This document shows, in pieces, positions 12,826 to 25,567 of a DNA stretch of 64,000 nt. The notes below the pieces were generated by a model. It was not told the DNA's origin, made no database searches, and was given only the letters and a program-made list of their open reading frames with translations. Position 1 is the stretch's first letter; each line of letters opens with the position of its first letter. Source of the stretch: Schmidtea nova (lineage: Eukaryota); contig CM097883.1 in NCBI GenBank assembly GCA_044892505.1, positions 227,726,001 to 227,790,000 of the forward strand, read 5' to 3'. The position numbers and the translations under genes were made by a program.

Positions 12826-13294
12826 CTTCCTACCCATTTTGACACTGCAATTCATGTGCAATATTAACAAAGACATTGCAATATAGATGCAAGTTAACAA
12901 AGACATGTATTGTTAGCAAGCCAGATTAACAAAGACATTGCAGTTGCAAGCCAAGTTAACAAAGACAAAAAAAATAAAGATTAATAATTAATCACAAAGT
13001 GCATTCTATTAGTCAATGCTAAAAATAAATTAAATGAAAATACTTATATTTTGTACGACATTATATGCATATCACATGATATTCATCAATATTAATACCA
13101 CAAGATTCACACTTATCAATATTTTTAATTTAATTTAATTAATTTATTATTGAAGGATTTGAATAATTTTGAAAGAATGTCGATATCGCATTTCTCAATC
13201 GAAGTCAAAAGTTCATCAAGTATTAAAAATGATTGGATCCAATTGTCCAAAGTAATGAAATTATCTGTAACCTAGTTTAAAATAATTAATTTAA

Positions 13295-13329
<35 letters not shown>

Positions 13330-14557
13330 TTTATAACTAAATTTATTTGTTTCTTTATTCATTTACGTCAAAGTTAGGTAACAATATATTTATTATTTGA
13401 AATATGTTCAAGTATTGAGCTTTTGCACATAAAATCCATAACAGAATTGGTTCTGCTACTAGGGCTCTGCTCGCAATGTTCTGCTACGAAATGTTTTGTC
13501 ACTATGATAAATACATGAAAAGTTATTATACTATTGAGATAATCACACAAATTATTCTTACATTATAGTACAAATATATCAAAAATATATGAAATATACT
13601 TGAAATATTATCACAGTATCATTACATACATGAAATATCATTATACTATTGTGGAAAATATCATCATACTGCAATTACATAGAAAATCACCAAAGTTACA
13701 CACAAAATATGAAAAGTACATAGAATTTCGTTTCATACAAAAACATAATATATATGAAATATTATCAAAAATACATACAAAATACATAGAAATTTATCAC
13801 ACACGTACAAAATATCACCATACTATAGTGAATAAATATACATACAAAATATCAGAAATACAAACATACATAAAATATCATCTTACTATAGTTTGATAAC
13901 ATAGACATACATGAAATAACCACAAAATACAGAAACTTTCAAAGATATATAGATTCATCACACATACAAAATATCACATATAAGAAATATCATTACAGAT
14001 TATCACATGCATGAAATATTATTATTATAGTGCAAATTACATAGAAAGTAGCAAAGATACATGAAATATCATCACAAAATACACACAAAATTATAGGAAA
14101 TTTTCACACACTAGAAATACATACAATCATAATCATAAAAAGAATATTATCACGCCAGTACAAAATTATACACAGAATATTATCTCATTGAACAAAAGCT
14201 TATCATATATATTATTATACTTTTATGTAAACTACAAAAAGAAATACAAATATATACACAAAATATTATCACATTATAGTGCCTAAACATTAGAAATATT
14301 CACAAATTATATATAATATGATCATAAAATATCAAAGATTTACAAAGAAAATACACAAAAGATTATATTATTGTTTGATAACATAAAACTACATTGAATT
14401 ACATAGACAATGATTAAAATACATACAAGTATCATTACATACATGAAATATCATCATACTATAGTGCAATTACATATATATTCATCAAAAATATACAGAA
14501 ATTAATCAAATTCACAACAATATTCATTAAAGAAATATCTACATACTTGTGCAAACA

Positions 14558-15076
14558 ACAAAGAAAAATACAAACATATACACAAAATATTATCACATTA
14601 TAGTGTCTAAACATTAGAAATATTCACAAAATATATGAAATATGATCATAAAATATCAAAGATTCACAAAGAAAATACACAAAAGATTATCATATTATTG
14701 TTTGATAACATAAAACTACATTGAAATACATAGAAAATGATTAAAATACATACAAGTATCATTACATACATGAAATATCATTACACAAAATATTATAACA
14801 TGCATGAAATATCTACATACAAAATATCAAAAGTACATAGAAATAAATCCTATACACAAAGGATATCATTACATATATTAAATATTATCACAAAATACCT
14901 TTACATACATGAAATATCATCATACTTTGTTGCAAATACAGACTAAATATTATCATGCTATTTTGTAAATACACTTAATATTAAAAAGAAATATCATACA
15001 TACACAAAGGATATCATACACATGAAAATCTGTCATGTTAGTCAGTCAAATGCATGACTTATTATCATACTAGTGT

Positions 15077-15122
<46 letters not shown>

Positions 15123-17091
15123 CAAAAAATGTATCATACATACAAAGTATATCAATACAAAGTATCATTACATGCATGAAATATCATCATACTACAGTGC
15201 AATTACATATATAATAATCAAAAATATACAGAAATTAATCAAATTCACAACAATATTCATTAAAGAAATATCTACATACTTGTGCAATTACATAATAAAT
15301 ATACAAAACTATCAAAAATAGATGAAATATCATCACAAATATCAACACATATGAAATATTATCATACATACACAAAAGTAATAAAATCATACTTAGAAAA
15401 TCAATACATACAAAATATCAAAAGTTCATCACACATACAAAATATAATTACATATATCATCATACTATAATTTAACAGTAATAAATGTTTAACTAATGAG
15501 CTTTTGCACATAAAAACCATCACAAAAGATGTTCTGCTACCAATGTTTTGGTCGTAATGTTCTGCTACTAAATGTTCTGATACTGAATAAAATTGATATA
15601 AATGTAACAATGTATTATGAATGAAAATATATCTTACAAACATTACAGAAAATTCTACTTTAAAATGAGGTCGAATGTTTGAAGTGTCATCATACTATAA
15701 TGTAAATACATAAAAAATACTCACAAAGTAACATTAGATACATCAAATATTATCTTACTATAGTTTGATAACATAGAAAAAATATATAGAAATCATCAAA
15801 TTATACATACAAAATATTAAAAATAGATCATATTAAATGTCATTACAAAATACATATATATAATCATCAAAAATATACAGAAATTAATCAAATTCACAAC
15901 AATATTCATTAAAGAAATATCTACATACTAGTGTCATTACATAAAAAATATCAAAAATATATGAAATATCATCACAAATATCAATACATATATGAAATAT
16001 TATCATATATACAAAGGATATAATCACATACAAAACATCAAACGTTCATTACACATACAAAATATAATCACATATATCATAATACTATAATGTAACAGTA
16101 ATAAATGTTCAAATAATGAGCTTTTGCACATAAAAACCATCACAAAAGATGTTCTGCTACCAATGTTCTGATACTAAATGTTTTGCTACTGTATAAAATC
16201 AATGAAAATTATAGGAATAAAAATAAATCTTCCAAACATTACAGTAAATTCTACTTTAAAACAATGTTGAATGCATGAAATGTCATCATACTATAGTGCA
16301 AATACATGAAAATACTCACAAAGTGACATTAGATACTTTAAATATTATCTTACTATAGTTTGATTATAAATATATAAGTATGAAAACCCGTTTTGTTTTT
16401 TACAATAATGTTTAAATTCTTGATGTTTCTGTGATGTCTCATTGTAGTTAACCCGCGCGCGTATTTCCAATAATTATTTCACATCTTTATTGCAGATTAT
16501 CATTTTATTATATTAATTTCATGCTAGCAGTACATTGCGAACAGAACATTTAGTAGCAGAACCTTTTCTGTGATGGTTTTTATTTGCCAAAGCTTATTAC
16601 TCGAACATTTTTTGCAATTTATTCAGCATCATTTGTTCTAATATTTTCACCAATTAATATTTTCTCTAATGTTTTTTTTTAAATATCTATTAGTTTTCCT
16701 CATTTTTATGTAGGATTTACTCTAACAATTTATTGTCACTCGTATAATTTTCATTAAATTTATCCACTAGCAGAACATTTCGAACAGAACCTTTAGTAAC
16801 AGAACATCTTTTGTGATGGTTTTTATGTGCAAAAGCTCATTATTCACACAAATACTAAAATAACAATCATTAGCATATGAGCTTCGATCAATGTAACAGA
16901 TAAATTGTGAAAGCATATTACATTTACTGATACACTTTTAATGACAATTCTTATGTGAATATTTATTGTTTGATGAATTGCTATGTATGTTTGATGAATT
17001 TCAATGCATATTAGATATTTTGTGGTCATTTTCTTGTAATTACACTATAGAAGGATGATATTTAAGGTATTTAATAATACTTTGTGATGAC

Positions 17092-17161
<70 letters not shown>

Positions 17162-18554
17162 ATATGTATTTCTAATGTTTTTGTGATATTTTGTGATAAT
17201 ATTTTGTCTATGTTTGTATTTTTGATAATTTGTACATGAATTTCTATATATTTCGATCTATTTTTAATATTTTGTGTATATTTTGATGATTTCTATATAT
17301 TTTCTCAATGCTATCAAACTATAGTAAGATAATATTTAAAGTATCTAATGTCACTTTGTGAGTATTTTCATGTATTTGCACTATAGTATGATGACATTTC
17401 ATGCATTCAACATTGTTTTAAAGTAGAATTTTCTGTAATGTTTGGAAGATTTATTTTTATTCCTATAATTTTCATTGATTTTATACAGTAGCAAAACATT
17501 TAGTATCAGAACATTGGTAGCAGAACATCTTTTGTGATGGTTTTTATGTGCAAAAGCTCATTATTTGAACATTTATTACTGTTACATTATAGTATGATGA
17601 TATATGTGATTATATTTTGTATGTGTAATGAACGTTTGATGTTTTGTATGTGATTATATCCTTTGTATATATGATAATATTTCATATATGTATTGATATT
17701 TGTGATGATACTTCATATATTTTTGATATTTTTTATGTAATGACACTAGTATGTAGATATTTCTTTAATGAATATTGTTGTGAATTTGATTAATCTCTGT
17801 ATATTTTTGATGATTATATATATGTATTTTGTAATGATATTTAATATGATCTATTTTTAATATTTTGTATGTATAATTTGATGATTTCTATATATTTTTT
17901 CTATGTTATCAAACTATAGTAAGATAATATTTGATGTATCTAATGTTACTTTGTGAGTATGTTTTATGTATTTACATTATAGCATGATGACACATCAAAC
18001 ATTCGACCTCATTTTAAAGTAGAATTTACTGTAATGTTTGTAAGATATATTTTCATTCATAATACATTGTTACATTTTCATCAATTTTATTCAGTATCAG
18101 AACATTTAGTAGCAGAACATTACGACCAAAACATTGGTAGCAGAACATCTTTTGTGATGGTTTTTATGTGCAAAAGCTCATTAGTTAAACATTTATTACT
18201 GTTAAATTATAGTATGATGATATATGTAATTATATTTTGTATGTGTGATGAACTTTTGATATTTTGTATGTATTGATTTTCTAAGTATGATTTTATTTCT
18301 TTTGTGTATGTATGATAATATTTCATATGTGTTGATATTTGTGATGATATTTCATCTATTTGTGATAGTTTTGTATATTTATTATGTAATTGCACAAGTA
18401 TGTAGATATTTCTTTAATGAATATTGTTGTGAATTTGATTAATTTCTGTATATTTTTGATTATTATATATGTAATTGCACTGTAGTATGATGATATTTCA
18501 TGCATGTAATGATACTTTGTATTGATATACTTTGTATGTATGATACATTTTTTG

Positions 18555-18598
<44 letters not shown>

Positions 18599-19197
18599 AC
18601 ACTAGTATGATAATAAGTCATGCATTTGACTGACTAACATGACAGATTTTCATGTGTATGATATCCTTTGTGTATGTATGATATTTCTTTTTAATATTAA
18701 GTGTATTTACAAAATAGCATGATAATATTTAGTCTGTATTTGCAACAAAGTATGATGATATTTCATGTATGTAAAGGTATTTTGTGATAATATTTAATAT
18801 ATGTAATGATATCCTTTGTGTATAGGATTTATTTCTATGTACTTTTGATATTTTGTATGTAGATATTTCATGCATGTTATAATATTTTGTGTAATGATAT
18901 TTCATGTATGTAATGATACTTGTATGTATTTTAATCATTTTCTATGTATTTCAATGTAGTTTTATGTTATCAAACAATAATATGATAATCTTTTGTGTAT
19001 TTTCTTTGTGAATCTTTGATATTTTATGATCATATTTCATATATTTTGTGAATATTTCTAATGTTTAGACACTATAATGTGATAATATTTTGTGTATATG
19101 TTTGTATTTTTCTTTGTAGTTTACATAAAAGTATAATAATATTTCATATATATGATAAGCTTTTGTTCAATGAGATAATATTCTGTGTATAATTTTT
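14558..19197. repeat. Large foldback inverted repeat: arms ~14558-16364 and 17313-~19197, ~950-bp spacer, centre ~16838
   Basis: ORF-track peptides recur nearly identically on opposite strands (14737+/18938-, 15282+/18395-, 15643-/18034+). Inner boundary checked base by base at 16364/17313. Outer right end matches 14162. Related modular sequence extends left to ~13400. Confidence 0.92.
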
Positions 19198-20165
19198 TCG
19201 GTATTATTTTCATTGTCCTCTTTGGGAATTCTCGACATTGCATCGGCATTTGCGTTGGCTTTGCCTGCTCGATATTTAATCTCAAAGTCGTATTCTTGAA
19301 GTGCAATTGACCAGCGGATCAATTTACTAGGCGAATCTCAATGCTTCATTAGCCATTGAAGAGGGTTATGATCAGTGTACACAAAAAATTTTCTCCCCAA
19401 CAAATATTGTCTAAATGTAGCAATCCCATAAACTAACGCTAAAGTCTCTTTTTCAATCGTTGAATAATTTTTTTCATGTGGTCTCAAGGATCTGCTTGCA
19501 TACGCTATCACGTCATCTTTTTCACCGTCCATCTTTTGACCTAGTACAGCACCCAGTGCAACATTACTTGCATCGGTCATCAGTAGGAAAGATTTTGTAA
19601 AATCTGGACATCGCAAAATTGGTGCTGTTATTTATTTTTGATTCAATGCTTCAAAAGCTTCTTGTTGAGTTTTACTCCACACGAATTTATTATTTTTCTT
19701 TAACAATGAGTTTAATGGCTGAGCGATGTGCTAAAAATTCTTTATGAATTTTCTATAATAACTTGCTTATCCAAAAAATTGTCTTGCCTGATCAGGGTTC
19801 AGTGGAATTGGATACGCTTCAACTTTCTGAATATTTTCAGGATTAATTTTTAGGCCTCTTCGTGATATTATATGACCAACATATACCACTTCCGATTTTC
19901 CCCATTCACATTTCGGCGGTTTTATTTTTAATTTTGCACTTTTCAATCATTCGAATACTGTCTCGACATCATTAAGATGCTCGTCAAAGTCATTTGAAAA
20001 TATAATTATGTCATCAATATATACTAAAGCATGTCTAATGCCTCTCAATACGAAATTCATGCCTCTCTGGAATGTTGCCGGGGCTCCAGTTAAACCGAAC
20101 GGCAAGACATTAAATTCGTATAGGCCTTTACCATCCGAAAACGCTATATTATCTGCCGGTTTCAT
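19197..20165 (-). pseudogene. pol: Gypsy reverse transcriptase (C-terminal half) and RNase H
   Basis: [83 protein letters not shown]. Several stops. Confidence 0.95.
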
Positions 20166-20169
20166 TTCT

Positions 20170-22278
20170 CTTAATTGGTCCATCGGATAAGCTGGTAGAG
20201 GTTGAATAAATGAATTTGGTATACATAATCTAGTAAAGGTATCTTGATTACTGTTGTTAAAAAATGGTTTTTTTATGAATTGACATTTTTTTAATGTTTT
20301 AATTCCTTCGGTTTGTTTTCGCTCGTCTGAATATAGTGGTGTCTCTTCATCGGTATTATCATTGTCATTTTTGTCATCATTAGAAGCAGTGGTAATATTA
20401 CTATAGCTTCCCTTTTTCTTTTTCAACATTCGCGTTTTTAAAGTTTCCATTTCTTTATATTGGTGATGTGTAATGAAAATTCTTGCGAGCAATGGTACAC
20501 ATCTAATAACTAGTTTCCAGGACCAACCCGTGATAACATATAATCTATGTGTTGATAACACCTGCGATATTATTACTTTAATCACGATCCCGATCACATA
20601 AATTCCGATTAACCCAGCACAGGCTTGTCCAATAAACAAGAATTTTCCCCATATCTTTTTCATCGTATTGTATGTTGCTCTTTTATAATGATCAGCTGTC
20701 AATAGATAATCATAATTCACTTTCCCAGTTCCACTCGGGAGGATAGTGACTATCATCTCCATAATTACTCTTTCCTTTTTTGATGGAAATAATAAGTTTC
20801 TCCGAGCTTCTTCAATATCATCACTGGAATACAACCCACTTTGAGTCATACTATCTAAGGATGTAAAATTAATCAAATATTCCAATTTTGTCAACTCCAA
20901 CTTTTCTGGAACTTTGACTCCTCTATGATCCGGTAATGAAATCTACGATTCAGGTGTCAAGAGATATAATGGAGCAAGTAGTCTATTACATTGTAATACT
21001 TTGGGCTTCACTTCCTCAACCAATAAAATCCGTGTTACTGGTTCCATGAATCGTAGTTTTCCTTTAAAATTTACTGGCAATTCGTTTGTGCATTGGTCAT
21101 ATTTCATCAATTTAATGGGTACTGCTTTGCATTTATAGTTATACAATGCTTCACCATAATTTCTAGCGAATACTCCATTCTCCGATATTAACATTGGAGC
21201 AACTAAATTTGGATTAGTAATTGCCATCGCCATTCTATTTCGTAAAATTTCTTTATTTAATTTGCAGTCATTCAGTATGATTTCTCTGTACACGCTTTCG
21301 ACCGTATCCTGACCAAAATGGAATAAATAGTCAATTTTATTATTAAAATAGTTTGTTAATTTGATTTCTTCTGAGTAAAACTTGGTTTGAGCTTCTTCAA
21401 CAGTTTTTTTTTATACATATATTCCTTTATAATTTGTCTCGTAAACAGTTTGTCCACATTTGGTATTTGCACCATTTCTTAAAAATCTCATCCCATCATT
21501 TGGAAATATTGCCATTAATACCGTTGGAGTATTTTTCATTCGTATTGGAGTAACTCTAATTGTCGTATTAATCATCGAATATAAGACTACTAAATTTTAT
21601 AAGACTGTGCTTTCTGGTCTCTCTTGAATTTGCTCTCCCGTTATTTCTTTAAACGGTATTCACTTCAAATGTGCCAAATTACACTTTTTCGTATCTACAT
21701 CGTATACTAAAATATATTCACCTGTTTTACAACTGGTTTCTCACATGTTGCAAAATGGATGCGTTTGAAGTTTTCCTGTATCATCATCGAACGATCCATC
21801 AAATTGTCTCAACTCTGTTTCATACTTCTCTATCACAACGACTTTATCAATAACATTTGTATCCACTTTATACGTTTCACCTTCACACTCACCATTTGAT
21901 TTGATTGATCCTTTGACTGTAATTGTTTCGCGAATTTTATGATTTAATTTTGCTTTCAGATTAATTTCCTAATCTACTTTTAATTCTCCTGTTTGAAAAG
22001 CTGCCAAACAGTTTTCGGGAGTTATTTCGATTACTCTTGGAATTGAGTACATTTTGATTAGCGAAGAATGACTCCATTTTCCGCAATAAAATATAAATGT
22101 TGTCCTTTTTGCCGTACATTCTCTCACTTACACGCCTAAATCCTGACTCTTGGTACACATGATAAGTTACTTCACTTGACCATTTTAGATTCCTTGGATA
22201 CGCATCTATACATTCAGCTACACCTACTAATGAATACACTTTTCCCATTTCAGTTTGAGAAAAATCATATGCTACCAT
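20170..22278 (-). pseudogene. env: Envelope glycoprotein, chuvirus-G-like
   Basis: MVAYDxS...VYSLVGVAEC; ECTAKRTTFIFYCGKWSHSS; LRNRMAMAITNP; GEALYNYKCKAVP...CTNELPV...FMEPVTRIL; QSGLYS; TM FLFIGQACAGLIGIYVIGIVIKVII (~20556-20642). I recognise this cysteine/motif spacing as chuvirus-like glycoprotein. Stops and frameshifts present. Confidence 0.75.
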
Positions 22279-22395
22279 TGATGTTGTGGTGTTGATAATT
22301 CCTAATATTATAAAAATAAACATTGTCAACCATGGATATATTATTTTTCCCTTTTTTGATTCATACACCCTTTTTGAATTCTTCGGTTTTAGTAT

Positions 22396-22758
22396 CAAGT
22401 TTTCCCATCCACCATTACATTTAATCCAACTAGTCACATACGTATTTGTCACTTTTGAGGCTTTTTCAATCCACTTTTCTGATTTGTCCGACTCCAAACA
22501 ACCATATGTGCCAATTTTTAGAACAACATAAGCTAGAACTGTTAGCACTACGTCTCTGTTCAAACCATCTTTAATTAACTCCTGAATTACTGTTTCATCA
22601 CAAAATATACTTTCTTTGACGTTACTTTGAAGTATGATTTGGAGTCGCCTTTTCATCTGTCTCGCAAGTTGTTGTATGAATTCATCTTCGCATATATTCT
22701 CTTCGTCTAGTGCATATAGTTCCATTACCAACCCCTTTAAAATCAGTTCTGTTTCCTC
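22396..22758 (-). pseudogene. Bcl-2-family-like domain embedded in the retroelement reading frame
   Basis: BH1-like ELIKDGLNRDVVLTVLAY (cf. ELFRDGVNWGRIVAFF) and BH2-like VTSWIKCNGGWENL (cf. WIQENGGWDTF) at the right spacing, followed by a basic linker and hydrophobic helix PWLTMFIFIILGII. Confidence 0.75.
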
Positions 22759-23162
22759 CGAATCATTTGAGTCTATTTTATCGAACTCGGCTACGTCGTC
22801 TTTTCCAGTTATCTCAAAATCTTTCCGCTTACGGCTGTTACGTTCATCATTACTTTCCGTTTCTAAAAAATTCGATTCGTGTTTTATCCCTTCAATAGAT
22901 ACCGGCTCGTCATTTGTATCTTTAGATTCCTGATGTACTGCATCATTTTCATCAGTCATTATTGTCATCAGTCATACTTCCTATTTGCAATTCATTCAAA
23001 ACTTTATCTTTTGACTCGTAGTTTTCTAACTTAGCTTCGTTTAATTCATTAGATATTTCAGTTTTAATTTCTTTGGACTTTATATCTTCATCTGTATCCC
23101 TTGCAATTCTAGGCCAATGCGAGACGATAGCCTCATTATCAACCATATCATCCGTTTGCTTC

Positions 23163-23377
23163 GTGGCATATACATTATTTATATAATTTGGATTACATCC
23201 ATAGTTAACTAAATATTCGTCATCGTCTAGCTCGATTCCTCTAAATGTTAATATAATATTCCCATCATTACCCATTGTCTCTGCAGACTTTCGTCGTAAT
23301 TTCGATACCATTGCGCTCCAATGCTCTTGAAAGTACTCAACTTTTCCTCCTATGTTTAGAGATATTACTAATGACTT
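23163..23377 (-). pseudogene. Ubiquitin-like domain 2
   Basis: LVISLNIGGKVEYFQEHWSAMVSKLRRKSAETMGNDGNIILTFRGIELDDDEYLVNYGC aligns by eye to ubiquitin ([20 protein letters not shown]). In frame with ORF 24694-23426 across one TAA. Confidence 0.6.
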
Positions 23378-23639
23378 CAGATTACTATCCGATTCTCTGT
23401 AATCATGTCCTAGTTTTCGTATAGTTTATTTTAATCTCGCTTGATAACTCGTCTTCTTATGAATATAAGGTAAAATGCATTCAAACAATTTCTCTTTAGA
23501 CTTTTGACTCATTTGTGAATTCAACATAGATTCAAGACATTTATTAATCTCATCTTTATCTCCAATATACAACATATCTCGCAGATCTTGCAGAGTTTCC
23601 TCCCAACTTTTAAATTCTGAATTTGAAATATTAACAGTA

Positions 23640-23860
23640 TTTATAATTCTAACCTCATTTTTGAATCCCGGGATTAAACCAAAATCGACCAAGTATTTAT
23701 CATCCCTCAGTTGACCCATTTGCGGTTGTATCAGTTCTACACTGCTTCCATTATATTTAGTCATAATAAGTCCTTTCAAGTCTTTTATTTGTCCATAAGC
23801 ATTAATAGAAAATTGAGTTCTCAAATCATTGATGTCTGTGGCTTCGACAAAAATATCATC
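23640..23860 (-). pseudogene. Ubiquitin-like domain 1
   Basis: IFVEATDINDLRTQFSINAYGQIKDLKGLIMTKYNG...LIQPQMGQLRDDKYLVDFGL aligns by eye to ubiquitin (IFVK...TIENVKAKI...[15 protein letters not shown]). Confidence 0.62.
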
Positions 23861-24339
23861 TAAATTGTTTTTGAATCGTAAAGCTCTCCCAAATATTCTC
23901 ATTAGTTTGGCAATTCTGTCATCTCGATGTGCGTTGTAGGACTTAGCACATAGGTTCAATATACTTTTCAATTTTCTTGGACTGAGTGACATTCGGCTTA
24001 GCTCTGTTATCCACTCTTTCAATCTTGGATTGTTTCTTTCCATCCTTGCGAGCCATCCTTCCACTTTCTTTATCAATAACGTAGCCTTTTCATTCAACAA
24101 CTCATCTTTTACTTTATTAGCAAAATTTCCTTTCACTTCTGATACATTTTCATATACCATAAAGAAGTCTGCTTCATCATCCGATTCGAATTTGGACATC
24201 AACTTGTTTAATTTCTGTCTCATTTCCCGAAATTTATTTTCCATTTTTTCTTTGAACTCGTCTTTTTGAGCATAAGCTACATTGGCATTGGACGATTCGT
24301 CTTGAAATCTAATTGATTTCTTTAGGATAGGTCTTCCAA

Positions 24340-25415
24340 ACCTTTCCGAATTTCTTGGGCATGATCGAGCCATGTGGCCATAACTTTTGCATGAATGGCA
24401 TTGAATGTGTCCATTGGCATTCACTTTTTCTCGTTGCGATGAAGGAGATGTGGAGGGTGATCGAGTTCTTGAAAAGCAATTTCTGCTAATATGGCCCATT
24501 TTTCCATATCGATAGCATTTAATGTCAACATTGTTTGGATTGTTTTCCATAAAATTTCTTTTGGGACTAATATTTCTGCCATTTTTGAACCAACATTGAT
24601 TTGAATAATGTCCGACCTTCTTGCAATACTCGCATGCAATATTATTCGATCTCTCGTTGGTCTGATTACTAAAGGTTGCTGCTATTAATTTCAAATTTAT
24701 TACCTAATCTTGGAGAGCTGTTTGGTTGGATTGGTTTCTTTGATTCCCATTGATTCTTTACTGGAGTTATTGATCTTTCTCGTTTATCAACATTGATGGC
24801 AAATACGTCAGACTTTTGGGTGCTTTCTAAATTCAATTCCATCTTCATTGCTTTTCTCACCAATTCGTCAAAATTCGAAAAATCCACGTAACACAATGCC
24901 TTTTTGATTTCAGGATGGGCTCCCGTTATAAACTGATCTTGAAGCAGTTCTTTGACTTGTTTCATCATTTCAACTTGCTCAGGCTTTATTTCGAATACTT
25001 TATCTGCTAAAATAGTTAAATGGTAGGCGAACTCACTTACCGATTCATTTGGATTCTGCACTTGATTGTAAAACTTTTGTTGCATTATTCTTTTGCCATC
25101 TCCTCCCACCAATTTCATCGTCATTGCATCTTTTAATTTGGCCCAATCATTTCCAACTGTCTTTTTATCAACTTGCTGACAAGCTTCTCTCGCAGCTCCC
25201 TTTAGATATAATGGAAATCTTTGTGCCATAATGGCTTCTGACCACCCATATGCTGAAGCGTACATATAATAATCACCCATAAAATCAGCAAATTCTACTG
25301 GGTCTCCTCCATATTGATTCACCGGCAACTTTTGGCAACTTGCGAAATCAATAATCTCGGCATTCTCTTTAGCCATATTGATTATTTTTCGGCTTCTCAA
25401 GTTATACTCGCTCAA
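24340..25415 (-). pseudogene. gag: Gag (capsid-like plus three CCHC zinc knuckles), one frameshift at ~24680
   Basis: YGGDPVEFADF...FPLYLKGAAREA...QNPNESVSEFAYHL...DQFITG; CEYCKKVGHYSNQC, CYRYGKMGHISRNC, CHSCKSYGHMARSC. Confidence 0.92.
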
Positions 25416-25543
25416 CTCTAAATATTAAGTATCGATAATTAATAATTTATACCTTTTTAACGACTTTCCCACAATTTTGCTTTCAAAATTCGCTTTTTAT
25501 TACCTCACTATTCCTTTTTAGCGTTTTCTTTCTCCGACTTTGG

Positions 25544-25561
25544 ATCACGTCGGGCTCACCA
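25544..25561 (-). promoter_or_regulatory. Primer-binding site, tRNA-Trp type
   Basis: TGGTGAGCCCGACGTGAT matches the well-known tRNA-Trp PBS TGGTGACCCCGACGTGAT at 17/18 positions. Lies 6 nt inside the LTR end (cccaata). Confidence 0.85.
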
Positions 25562-25567
25562 AAAATA

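Larger units (their letters stand above)
11470..12970 (+). repeat. Interrupted ~30-bp tandem array with core TAACAAAGAC(ATTGCAAT)
   Basis: Units visible at 11475-11750, 12040-12105 (into gap), 12500-12570 and 12865-12965. The same unit occurs inverted at 32842, 32872 and 32902. Confidence 0.9.

Noticed and set aside
13600-19306. Y/I/K/H-rich ORFs in the foldback region
   Set aside because: Low-complexity by-products of A/C-rich repeats, duplicated only because of the inverted repeat.
25544-25561. tRNA gene
   Set aside because: Only the 18-nt complement of a tRNA 3' end (PBS), with no cloverleaf. The same applies to 61531-61542.
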